This document shows, piece by piece, positions 14,700 to 27,100 of a DNA stretch of 64,000 bases (positions are counted from its first letter, which is position 1; each line of letters starts with the position of its first letter). The notes below the pieces were generated by a model, which worked only from the letters and a program-made list of their open reading frames with translations, made no database searches and was not told the origin of the DNA. The position numbers and the translations under genes were made by a program. Source of the stretch: Utricularia gibba (taxonomy: Eukaryota; Plantae; Magnoliophyta); the NCBI GenBank assembly GCA_002189035.1, contig NEEC01000013.1, positions 186,001 to 250,000 on the forward strand. The letters are read 5' to 3'.

Positions 14700-17600
14700 A
14701 ATTGTATGGAAGGGAGATAACAAGAAAGAATAAAAATTTCTAACCTTAAGTTTTCTATGCTATTTTTCTAATGCTAAGGAAGTTATTGACATTTGCACAT
14801 TGCGCAAAGAAACCATACTCTCAACAATAAATGATCTTACAAACAACGAAATGTGACCTATAGATAATGGATGCATTAATCACTTAACCCATGAATTCAG
14901 TGCCTTTATAAGCTATAAGACATTAGTTGGAAAATCAATAAAAGTAACTGATGAAAGGCCGATAAGAGTGCATGGAATAGAAACCATATAGCTAGAAACA
15001 CGCAACTATACAATAAATATACAAAATGTGTACTATATACCAAAAGCCTCCCACAATCTTACCTCAAAAGGATTAGATGTCCTTTCCAATTAAGTTTTTG
15101 TCAGCATTTATTCACCATCCAAAAAACTTCTCCTTAAATTTAAAGGAGAGGGTAGAATTTTCTTGTTGGCTTTCAATCAAATGCAAATCTAATCAAAATA
15201 TGCCTTGCAGCTAAACATAAAGCTTTCCTATGGCATAAAAGATTTGGGCATGTCAACTTTTCATCACCCAACTTTGAAAGTCCAATATAGCAAAAGAGAT
15301 ACCGAAATTAATATAAGATCCTAAGGTATGTGAAATATATAAGATTTGTAACCTTTTGACAAAAGTATTTCGACTAGCTCTCATAAATTAGAACTAATTC
15401 ACAACGATATATGTAGTCCAATGAATATGATGACTTTTGCAGGTAACAAATATTTCTTAATTTTTGTATATGATTACATTAAATATTGTTCGGTGTTCAT
15501 CATTCGTAACATATCTAAAATAACGAATTGTTTCAAAGTTTTCAAAGCAATAGTTGTAAATCAAAGGAGACAAAAGATTTGCCAGACATTGATATTGAAT
15601 ACACACCCTATTTACTTATGGAAATATGTGAATAGGAAGGCATAATCCACTCATTTACAGCTCCCTATGTAGCCAAAAAATGGGGTAAGTAAAACAAGAA
15701 GCTGGACTATAGTAGAAATGGTCAGATGCTTGCTTGATGAAAAAAAAATTACCATTGATTTACTTGGGTGAAAATGTAAACATTGTTGTCTACATATTAA
15801 ATATATTACCTACTATTTGAGATGTGGCATGATGGGGTACCAGGTAAGAAACATATTTTCATTTTTGGATGTGTATGTTACATTCATGTCCTAAAAGAAA
15901 ATAAAAAAAAATTAGCCAAAAAAGCTCAAGTAGGTATTCATTTGAAATATAGCGATATAACTAAGGGATATAGAGTATTTGATTTATCAAATATGAAAAT
16001 AAGAATTAATAGATATGTAGCATTTGATGAGTTCAAAACATGGAATTCGAACTCAAGTCACGATGCAAAATCAAAGAACTAATATATTAAACATGTCCCC
16101 AAACCTTCTCACAACTAGAGAGATCAAAATTGAAATGGATCATTTGAAGCTAGAAAATATTGATGTACTAAGACTAAACCCAAACTCAAACCCAAATCTA
16201 AATGGAAAACCTGAATCAAATCATACTATTGAGAGCAGTGAAAAAATTGGAGTTAAAATGAACTATCAATAAGGCAAAAGTCAAACCCTTTTCAAGATGA
16301 GCAAAATGATGAGAGCAACTTATTGATAGAAACAATAGGGGTAATAGCTAAAATAGATAACTAGGTTGAAGAGCCCATTCAACAACTTGAAGTTGTGTAT
16401 CAAAGCCAACAAAATTTAGAATCAAGCAAAGCATACTAGAGAGAAGGTATAGCAACAAAGATTTTCCTATACAAGGAGAATATAAATTGTCAGACATTTA
16501 TTAGCAGTGTTTGATAGTCAAGGAACCAAAAACCTTATATCAAACATTACAACACTCTGATAGGATAGAAACAATGGAAAGAGAATTAGCCATGATAAAC
16601 AAGAATAACACATAGAAGTTAGTAGATAAGCTAGTCAACAAAAAAGTGATTAGAGTTGAGTTTTCTGAAGTAAATTAAACTTAGATGGAACTATTAACAA
16701 ATCGAAGGCAAGACTTGTGGCTAAAAGATATTTTCAAAGGGAAGAATCAACTATTATGAAATATTTGCACCTGGAGATTAGACATAATAAAGATGTTGAT
16801 TGTGTTTAGTTGTTTGCAAATATTAGAAGATTTACAATCTTGATGTCAAATTTGCATTTTTGAATGGAGAACTAAATAAGGAAATCCATATTTTACAACC
16901 ATCTAATTTTCTGAAAGAAGGAAATGGTATAGCAAAATCGGTACTCACTTTCAAGAACAAGGATTTAGAAGAAGCATGAATGACAGAACATTATATATGC
17001 TAGAAACATTCAATTCAAAAAGGATAATAATCTCACTGCATGTGGATGATATATTGATAATTTAAGATGATGATGAATCAATCAAGAAACATAAGGAAAG
17101 ATTTATGAATACATTTGAAATGTTGGATCATAGAGAAATGAGATATTTGTTGGGTATAGAAATTACACAAACCAAAGACTACATGTTTATGTCACAAACA
17201 AAGTACTCTATGTACTTATCTGATTGGACTGCAAGCCAACACTTGTAGAGCAGTTACAGGAAGAATGATTGCTGATCCTACCTTACCGTTACTAGACTAG
17301 ATATATTCTTTTCATAAAGTTTATTATCCAAATTCATGACCAAGTCACATCAGAATCACCTTGAGAGTGGTTTGAAATTTTAAAATATATTAGAAGCATG
17401 ATAAATTATGGTTTGCTCTTATGTAAAAATAGTGATTTTGATATCAGGTGTTATATCAATAGTTACTTTGTAAGAGAGACAACAAAGTTTTCAAATCAAC
17501 GAGTGGATATCTATTTATGATTGGTGACACAACCATATTATGGTGTAGCAAAAAGCAAGAAGTTATCGTACAATCCTCAGCATAAGTTGAATAGATGACA

Positions 17601-18390
17601 ACTGCAACAAAAAATCATGCAATTTGGATGAAAAAAATCCTATCATATTTAAAAGTTAAATTGATCAATCTTACATCACTCATAGTTGGCAATAAATCAA
17701 CGATCAATATGACTAATAACCCTATTCAATTTGGGAGGAGTAAGCATATACAAATTAGATTCCACATGATATGATATTCTGTCAAGAATTATCAGATAAG
17801 GCTTGAACACATACCTTCAAAATACCAAATCATTGATATTTTGACCAAGTTGATCTACCCAAAGCAATCCTACCATCTTCTAGTCCTAATGAGTGTAAGA
17901 GATAATGCCAATCTCTAAGAAGACTTGAGGTCAAAATTACCCCATCAAGGGGTGTATTGGTTGCTGATAAGTCAATTTTGGAGAACATTATCAAATCCAC
18001 CATGACCTCAAAGGTGTTGCTCAAGTAGTCCATGTGTAATGAAAAAGAATGAAGTAGTCATGGAAAAATCTGAATGGAAAATGTAAATAATATGAACTAA
18101 AAAGACTGAGGCTCTACAATGGAAGAAAGATTATATATGCATTTACAACTAAGTCCAAACAATTAAATAATGATAATAATGGTATTTAATAAGAATACCA
18201 TCTTATTAAATAATGATAACCTGCAAACTCAACATATATATGTACTTGTACCTAGTAAAGGCAACCTTTCTATAAATAAAAAAATGAAAATGAATGATTA
18301 GTGTGTATGAAAAATTAATTTAATTTAATTTAAAAAAATCCCTGAAGCAATCCTATTTAATGAGCTACAAACTTTTTTACCCAACTCACT
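14700..18390 (+). mobile_element. Degenerate Ty1/copia element (pol remnant plus probable 3' LTR from about 17952)
   Basis: LWHKRFGHVN (gag-pre-integrase), LELIHNDICSPM..NKYFLIF (integrase), RT block 16550-17300, RNase H WCSKKQEVIVQSS and DILTK, purine tract CAAGGGG before TGTATTGG. Confidence 0.8.
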
Positions 18391-18419
18391 CTTCTTGCAA
18401 TCCACCCCTCAAGGATACA

Positions 18420-18620
18420 TAAGTATATTGCCAATTGGGTTTTTAAAATGGAATCTTGATACTTCATTTTTTGAAGTTACAATTACAGTCAATGTTGCAG
18501 TTAGTGCTGTTATTATTAAAAATTCAATTTTTATATTTACTTGGTCGAAACTAGGGATATCTCAATCAGGGAAGATTATAAGAAAATCTTTTGTGACCCA
18601 ATATATCTCACAAGTCGCAC
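18420..18620 (+). pseudogene. Possible LINE RNase H fragment
   Basis: PIGFLKWNLDTSF...VIIKN resembles the PPxGxLKxNxDAS motif of plant LINE RNase H. Short and diverged. Confidence 0.4.
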
Positions 18621-18630
18621 TATCACAGGA

Positions 18631-19100
18631 GTGATGGTTTACCGAGCTCCTGAGGTGATTGAAACCCGGAAGGTTACCTTAAAATCCGATGTATACAGCT
18701 TGGGATTGGGAGTATTGATACTCGAACTCGTGACTGGTAAAGCACCCAATCAGACACGCCTAGGCGAGGAAGGGATCGATTAGCCTTGAGGCTAGATGGA
18801 TAGAGAGTGTCGTGAGGGAAGAATGGACTGCTCAAGTATTTGATGTGGAGCCGATGGGACACCATAATGTTGAAGAAGAGATGGTGCAGCTCCTCCATAT
18901 CTGCATGGCCTGTGTTGCCATGAGGAAATATTGTACCTGATCAAAGGCCAGACATGCCCCAGGATGATCAATGAAATAAACCGAGGAGATGTACTTGATT
19001 ACGCCAGTCTTCACACGATGCAGCGAAAGGTTGATCCGGCAGCCAGACGCCTCCTGCTAAGGCTTCTTTCTCCTCCATGATCATCAGTCCACTCGTCCAC
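18631..19100 (+). pseudogene. C-terminal fragment of an LRR-III receptor-like kinase (At2g26730-like), frameshifted
   Basis: [22 protein letters not shown]...[17 protein letters not shown], then across frames [39 protein letters not shown]. Has stops and frameshifts; no 5' part. Confidence 0.8.
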
Positions 19101-19397
19101 CAGCCTCCCTCCAAATGCATAAAATGGGTGTCCAGAACTTCACGCTAAAATATGACATTCTTTGTGTATCGTGTCATTCTTTGGTTTATTTTAATGTAGC
19201 ATTAGCAAGAGCTTACAATGTCGTCATCTGTTCAGAAGTTTGTTTGATCATAAACTGCGCTCAATGCTCCTGGGGTCATTCCTTAGGAATACGAGGGATC
19301 TACACTACACAAAACCCAGCATGCCGTCCCATGCTGTGCTTGAAGAACAATAGAACGCAGGAGCCACTTCACGTTTGTTCTGATAATAAGTTTTGAC

Positions 19398-21644
19398 TCA
19401 GAACCTTCGAAAATGGCCCCTCCGACTGTAGGCCCAAGCCAAGGCCGCAACCGTGGCTCCCCCAAGTGAGCCGACCCGGAAACCTGGCTATCCCCCTGCA
19501 ACAGAGGAGCTGATCAGAAGAGTGCGCCACGCAGTCTGTAAAACCTGGTAGGGCTGACTAGTTCCACCGCCAGAGTTTTTTAAACATGCGTTTAGGGAAT
19601 GATGGTGCATTGCAAGAAGAACAAGCACACGTCTTCAAAATAGCATTGATAAGAGAAGCAGGATACCTGAATGATTCGCAAAATATCTTTCCCGACGATG
19701 AAGATCCCCTGAGCACAGACGGAAGAATGACGAGTTGAAATAAAGAACCTTTTGAGCTGAAACTTGAATTGAAACAGTAGGTCGAGGTTGGACTTACAAG
19801 CAAAATGGCTGGAACTGGGATGAAGAAGTCAAAATAGAGCGTCTTTGTTGGAAATAGGAAAATGTCAAGCAGCATTATTGCGTTCACTGCTCCGCTTGCT
19901 CCCTGTAATCAAAAAATGTAAAGGATCATCCCGTCATACAGTGGTCAAACCTGCATTAAATGAAAGTAAACCGAAGGAGACAACCAAACAGAGAATTTCG
20001 GGGAGTGTAACCTGTGCATGCATATAGCATATGGGTTGCTCATGATAACCTTCGTGGCTAAATGAGTTTAACCAAAACGAAAAGAATGTAAATGGCAGAT
20101 CCTACTCGATGCACGCCTTTGGATAGTAACTCCGTATAAAGAATGTAAACCAAAATAAGGCCCCAAGGCAGAGATGAAATTTATGGAAGGATAATGAGGA
20201 TTTATCCATCTAGATGTTTTATACACGTGAGTATGAAGACTGAAAAAAACTGGCATTTTAACCAACGGAGACGATCATGAAATGCATGTGTGCGAGTAGA
20301 AGTGAAAAAATCAAAACAACATGAAGTGATTTTCTTACCAAGCCTGGAACTCTTGAATGGTCCACACCAAATGTTTGATTTCTCTGACCATATAGGAGAG
20401 ACAATCAACAGAAAGGAAGAAATGGAAATTCTGTTCAGCAAATAAAAGCAGAGTAACGTCTAAGCAGCATTTTCCCAGCTACAAGCCAGGGAAATGTATC
20501 TGCCATATCCGGAGACAAAATAAAAAAAGAAGGACGGATATGACATTTATGTGCAATTCGTCCTGACAAGAAAGGCATATCTGTTGCCAACCAATCACTG
20601 TAGAACATGATGTTATTTTTTGTTTCAGCAAAAGAGTAACTTACCTGAAATGATGGAGCTATAAAGGCATGATGCAGCAAATAAAATATAGAACCAGCAA
20701 GTGCCCCAGATAGGTACAACCTCAACAAATACCTAGGCCCAAATGAATTTCCAATCTGCTCAAATGAAAAATCAGATAATGAAGGGAAATGCAAACCCGT
20801 GTAATGAAATAAATTTCGCTGTATATGAAATAGCATATTCTTCTCAAAAGATAATCTTACACTCAATCCAAAAAAGTAGAGTCCAAGCATGTTGTATATA
20901 AGATGCCACATATCCATATGACTAAATGCAGATGTCAACAAAGTGTGTATCCGGCCACTTGTAAAATTGTTGACAGAAATCTGAGTCAAATCCAAACAAG
21001 ATATGCCAACATTAGAAAACATTATCCCGTGGTTTTCTGCATTACAACTTGATCTTTATAATGACTCACCGTGAAATTAGACATCATAAAACGTGGACTA
21101 GCAGCATTCCATAAAATAAACACAGCTGCATTCGCTGCTATCAATCCTATTACAACTCCCTCAGTTGTGAACCTTCCGACAAATGACCTGAAATATTTTG
21201 GATAAACAAATGTTGACAGGCTTTCGATGATCTACTCGAGATTAAAAAATAATCAGGAAAACAATGTATACGCTTTAAAATTTAAGAAAATAGAGTCGAA
21301 GTCCATTGAACATCCATAAATACTATATGAGAACGAACACAGAATAAGCGCATAATGTACCTGCCACCGTACAGATTGTTAAACGAGTGAAATCGTCTTC
21401 TTGCGTGAGCCCATAATGAAACACTGGTAGAAGATTTTCTTCCTCCATTTACAATGGCGTTTGAGAAAAACCTAGTCCACAACAAGGTTTGATTCTGGAA
21501 GATCACACCGCGAATCCTCCCTGAAACATCATTTGAACTGCCGAAACTGCGGGGAACGGCGAAATAACGAGAGGAAAACTGCTGAAGGAATGGGTCGGAT
21601 TTTGAAATTCTAGTGATCCACCTGAGCATCGCCTGCCTTTGCAT
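19398..21644 (-). CDS. RBL12: Mitochondrial rhomboid-like serine protease; exons 21644-21361, 21187-21070, 20980-20861, 20755-20645, 20383-20339, 19902-19798, 19708-19667, 19495-19398
   Basis: All seven introns are GT-AG and phase-consistent. Motifs TSAFSH, HLIYNM, GASGA (catalytic Ser), SAHLG (catalytic His); Arg/Ser-rich presequence. The last exon is 98 bp, one base short of the canonical frame. Confidence 0.88.
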
Positions 21645-22939
21645 CTTCAGAATTTGTGTTCAGGAAATTGCTCGCAGAATGAAACACGCTCACAGCGCCT
21701 GTAGTTGCAGCACTCCCAACCTAACACAGCCCAGGCCCAGCCCCTCTAAGCTTCCTCGGTTGGGATGAACCAGTACCCGCCACCGTACTGATTGTACTGA
21801 TATTTTTTTAGAAAAATTCTTAAATAATTATCGAAAGTTTCAATGAGTTCTGCGTGTTTAAAAATAGACCCCACTCTCAAATATTCAATTTTTAATCAGT
21901 AGATATTATAGTCGAAAAGTTCTTGCTACAGATTTTTAAAATTTTTGAGTTGTCTGTATTCATATTGAAAATTAAAAATACAACAATGCTGAATTGCAAA
22001 TCAAGAATGCTACTCACGTAAGAAAAAAACAAATTTATTAGGAAGAAGTTACAAATTGCGTGTCAACAAAGGAGAGGCATGTTCCAATAGGATTTTCTAG
22101 ATCCTGAGTTGGTGCAGAGGCATGCACGTTTTTGGGGACATAGATTATTGAATATTGCATTGTCTAAATATGTGGTACTAGATAACTTTGCTTCGGTGTT
22201 TGGAATGGATTTCTTCCTATCATGTCGCCAAATTTTCTTTTAACCTAATGATGAGTCTGGCCATTAATCCACAATGTAGGTAGAAGCCATCTCCAGACAC
22301 CTCGGACATTGGTAATATCAGTTTTAAGTATCTCATGCTATTATTTCCCAAGAGTTATTCATAATTCATTGTGACTTTTAAACGGTGAAAAACAAGTCAA
22401 CTATGGGAGAATTGGATAATTGTCTTTCTATTACATCTTGCTTTACTTGCTCACAGTGGTGATCCTTGGGAAGTGGAATTAGATGGGATCAAAGTCGACC
22501 ATAGTGAAAATCAAACTAGGAATAAATATGGAGCATTGCAACATTTGGAGTAGTACATGGAACAAGATTTCTAATGCTTGTAAAAGCAGTATTTGAAAGT
22601 CTTGGATCATCTGGGTGAATTCCACCCATACTAATGGTGATGAAGGGGGTCCCCATGAACTAGCTAAAATCAGAGTGACACATGAACATTAATCTCTCTA
22701 ATTTAGATTCTAGTCTTAGTTATGAGGAAGAAGATGACATGCTTCGACTCCACCAGTGCTTCCATCATAGGAACGATTTCCATCTTAAGGTTGATCACTA
22801 AGCATTGGGGTTTTCTTGAGTGAATTGCTGACTTTAAAAAATTCTTTCTTGAAAAGTCAAAATGGTAACTTGTTAGTTGAAAGGAGGAGCATTTGCTTGG
22901 TGGGAGAGACTATTGAGCTTGCTGATTCTTTCATTCCTT

Positions 22940-23510
22940 TGTTAGATTCGAGCATAAAGAATAAACATTGAGTACCCATAAACAAAGAGTTGTTTGACAA
23001 TCGTCAAAGTAGGTTGTCCACATTTACCCATACATTGGCTATTTAAATCCCCACCTTACACATGAATGGCAAATGCATAAAAGTCATTCTAATTTAACAA
23101 ATAGACAATATTAGAGTTTGTGTTCACTTTGCTTCCATCCAACTAACCCTCAACATTGCCTCTGTGAGTTGTTAGTGGAGGGACTTGATCTCTTGAGTTC
23201 TTCAAAGTCTTCCATCTTTATCAAACCAATCTTGCTTCACAATCATTCAAGCACCAGTCTTCCTACAGGCTTAGTGAAGATATGCACACTGCTTGGATGT
23301 ATCTACATGTTGCAACTAGATCCATTTAGTTTTCACAGCATCTCTCAAGGCATGTTACTTCACATTCATATGTTTGACCTTGCTGAATTGCACTAGATTC
23401 TTGGAGATAGATATAGCTGCTTTGTTATCAATTTATATCCTGATGGGCTAAGCTTGTGTAATTCCAATCTCATCAAGTAACTATCTCAATCAAAGACAAT
23501 GATTTGAGAC
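22940..23510 (-). mobile_element. Ty1/copia 3' end (RNase H C-terminal half plus 216-bp 3' LTR 23155-22940), host of the Retand insertion
   Basis: ..LR*LLDEIGITQ..IDNKAAISISKN.VQFSKVKH..DIFTK; LTR TGTTGAG...CTAACA. The frame continues at 34193. Confidence 0.75.
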
Positions 23511-24040
23511 TAATAAGGGAAAAATCGGCCAAGGGTAATCGGTTCCTAAAAGGCTGCCAAAAGAGATCCCGAGGGGATAACGCCAAACGACAGATCGACG
23601 TCTGTCAGAAATCTGACAGGTATGGCCATATGACACAGCCTGAAAAGCGGCCGAATTACGGCATAACAGGCGGCCGATATCTGAAAAGCGAGATCGTATA
23701 GCAAGAGCAGAAAGCAATCGATGTTTGCAGACACCAGAATTTGGTCAGAGTGAGCTCTTCTATAAATAGACGGAATTATGACAAGAAAGGGGTTGGACTC
23801 AAAAAAGATTTCTTCAAGTTGTATTCTCCTTTTCGCGACCTCCATCTAGTGAAACTCTTTTCCGGCGAGCTCCGGCAGCTCCGTGGTTTTTCTGCTCTCC
23901 GGCGGTTTCCACGTAAAAAATCCCTGCTCACTCTTATTTTAATCGTACCAATCGTGAAGAAGGTGACTAAGTGTGGCATTCCCGACTGCGCCTATCACCT
24001 AAAATCGACCTCTCACCGGATACCGATTTCACCCTTAACA
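23511..24040 (+). repeat. Retand 5' LTR (530 bp)
   Basis: TAATAAGGG (TG mutated to TA)...CCTTAACA; the first 206 bp align to 33983-34188; TATAAATA at about 23761. Confidence 0.9.
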
Positions 24041-24044
24041 TATT

Positions 24045-24062
24045 TGACACCCATCGTGGGGC
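24045..24062 (+). promoter_or_regulatory. Primer-binding site, tRNA-Lys type
   Basis: TGACACCCATCGTGGGGC vs TGGCGCCCACCGTGGGGC (complement of the plant tRNA-Lys 3' end as recalled); 3 transitions. Confidence 0.75.
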
Positions 24063-24118
24063 TATGTTCCACAGTCCTATTTGAGAAACCCACAAGAGCC
24101 ACTCGCTAATCACGAGTC

Positions 24119-27100
24119 ATGGCGGAAAATATCACAGCCACCGACCCGGCTCATGACGGAAGTGCTGACGCTCGAGATCCTGGCCTTATGATCACTAGCA
24201 GGGAGCAACTGAAGGCCCTGCTAACGGAAATCCTTACCGACCTCCGAGCACCTTCAGGTCTCAACTCCAACGCCCAGGAGAGAACACCCGAAACCACACC
24301 ACGAACGGGGAAGCAACCTCTTATTTCGGAGTACCCCCCAGATACGGAGACTGAATCCGAAACCGAGGAGGAAATGCTGCGGAGAAAGAGGTGCAACCAA
24401 GTCATGTATGAGCCAGGAACTGACAGGGAGAACATGACTAGCAAAATCTTGGAAGAAAGAGAAGAAGAGTTGAAAAGAGAGTTAGACCAGATCCGCGAAA
24501 GGAAAAGGTTTATCGACAAGCGGACGTTGGCAGGAAGAAGAGAGGATAGAGGCTTCAGGGACGTTTTTGATTAGAACGTATCCACTGGAAGAGGAGATGT
24601 TTTGGCCGATATTGCGTTGGCCTTGAAGAGTGGAGTTGAGGGAGCAGCTAGAACCACAACGCTGCGTTTTGACCCTTTCTCGGACAATTTAGTCGGAGAA
24701 GAGCCAGAGAGAGGATTCAGGGTACCTCATGGATTACCCACGTATGACGGAAAAGGGGACCCCATATCGCATGTAACCGACTTCGATATGAGGATGTCCA
24801 TAGTTCGACATTCAGAGGCCTTGAAGTGTAAGCTGTTTGCTTGCTCGCTCCAGAAAGGAGCGAAGACTTGGTTTAAACAGTTGGAACCATGCAGCGTGGC
24901 ATCTTATCGGGAATTAATACTGCTCTTCACTACCGATATGCTGTTAACATTGAAGCTCCACCTTCTAAGGCATCACTATACTCTATTCGGTATGACCACC
25001 GAAAAGAGAGCTTGCGAGGATTCATCGATCGATTCAACTGCTTGGCGCAGGATGTCCAATTGGATTTAAAAGAAAGGGTGGAAATAATGAAGCGGACATT
25101 AGGAACGTCGAAATTGGGACAGAGTCTATCGAAGTCCCCACCAAAGAATCTCGGAGAATTGCTAGGAAAAATCATGAAGTACATCCGAGTGGACGATGAC
25201 CTCAGGGCCGAGATGAAAAGCCGTGTGGAGATTCGTCCAGTTCCACAGCAGGACCCAACTTAACCGGGGGCCCAAGCCGAATAAGCGCCGTGAAGTATAT
25301 CAGGTCGAACCAACCTGATATACTTCACGAAACAGATGCCTACAACGAAATACACAAAACCACCGGGCATGATACTGCCCACTGCCGACTGATGAAGAGG
25401 ATGATCGAGCAATATCATGCTGGTGGGGGGATGAACAGCACGATACGGAACCCCGCATCAATGATAGACCGGAAAAGAGGACGTAACGAGCGAATGGGGA
25501 ACAAGGGGAACCGATATCCGAAATTCCCTCCAAAACCGGGGATGGCGAACTCGCGAGCCAACAGGGAACCAAATCTTGGAGAAGGACAAGACATACCGGA
25601 AAGTTCACGGAGTGCCCATCAAATGCAGGGTAGTCCCCCCTATATTCGAGAAATCTATATGATATCCGGAGGAACCGTGATGGATGTGTCCAGAAAGGAA
25701 AGGAAGAGATATTTGGATGAAGTTAGAAGAGGAGAAGTTTTCGAAATCGGAAATGGTCCGAATGAAAAAGCTGCTTGGGAAAAGGAAGAGATCAGCTTAT
25801 CCAACAGAGACGTCCCGGTTAGCCCAGCCGCGAGAGATGAACTCTTGGTGGTATCAGGAATATGTGGGAGCACCAAGGTAAGGAGGATTCTTATCGATCA
25901 AGGATCCTCGTGCAACATCATGAAGAAGGAAGTGGCCGAGTTACTGGCGTCATCTAACGAGGGAAATATTCGCCATGTGCGCATGGAGTTGTACGCATTA
26001 GACCAGCGGGCCGTGCAAACTATCGGGAAAATAACCCTGCCCGTAACATTTGGAGCGGCAGGGCGGAGCCGGACCGAGAGGTTGGAATTCTTAATTCTGG
26101 ATTCAGAGATCTCGTACAACATCATCCTCGGGCGGCCTGGCATCAACCAATTCGGTATGTTACCCTCCACTGTGCATTTGAAAATCAAATTCCCAACATC
26201 GAAGGGCGTTTGCACAATGGGTATCGACCAACCCACCGCCCGGTCCTGTTATGTATCTTCGTGTCGGGACCCCTGTGCGAAAAAGTCGAGAGTGATGATG
26301 GTAGAAAAGGAAACCCCTAGACAAGCAATGGAACCAATAGGGTACAAGTCGATGCAATTAATACCAGAAGATGCGTAGAAAGCCACCCGCATCGGTGCCA
26401 ATCTAGACGTTGGATTGGAGAAAAGGTTAGTTGAACTTTTGATGAAGAACACCGATATTTTTGCCTGGACTGCTGCGGATTTTGTAGGCATTGATCGATC
26501 CGTCGCCGAACATCACATTGATACCTACCCGGGGGCAAAACCGGTTCGGCAGAAGTAACGACATTTCTCAGAGGAAAAGTGCCGAATTATTAAAGAAAAA
26601 ACAAGAGAGCTCTTGGAAGCTAGTTATGTGAAGGAGATCCAGTACTCCGAATGGGTAGCCAACCCGGTCGTTGTCCCGAAGCCCGGGGGAAAATGGAGGA
26701 TCTGCATTGACTTCACCGACCTCAACATCTGTTGCGAAAGGGACCCTTATCCCTTGCCAAAGATTGAGAAGCTAGTGGACGCCATTGCCGAATCCCGATT
26801 TCTGAGCACCATGGATGCCTATTCGGGGTATCATCAAATTTTCGTGGCAGAGAAAGACCAACCGAAAACCACCTTCTACACTAAGGATGGAGTTTACTGC
26901 TACGTGGCAATGCCTTTCGGATTGAAGAATGCTGGGGTGACTTACCAGAGGTTGCTAAATAAAATATTCTCTTCTGAAATCGGTACCTCAATGGAGGTGT
27001 ATGTGGACGATATGATCGTGAAATCTATGAATGAAGAAGACCATTTAGCGTATTTGGATTCGTGTTTCTCTTTATGTCGGTCATACGGGTTAAAGCTCAA

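Noticed and set aside
20435-21022. 195-aa single ORF
   Set aside because: Read-through of RBL12 exons 3-4 plus intron sequence.
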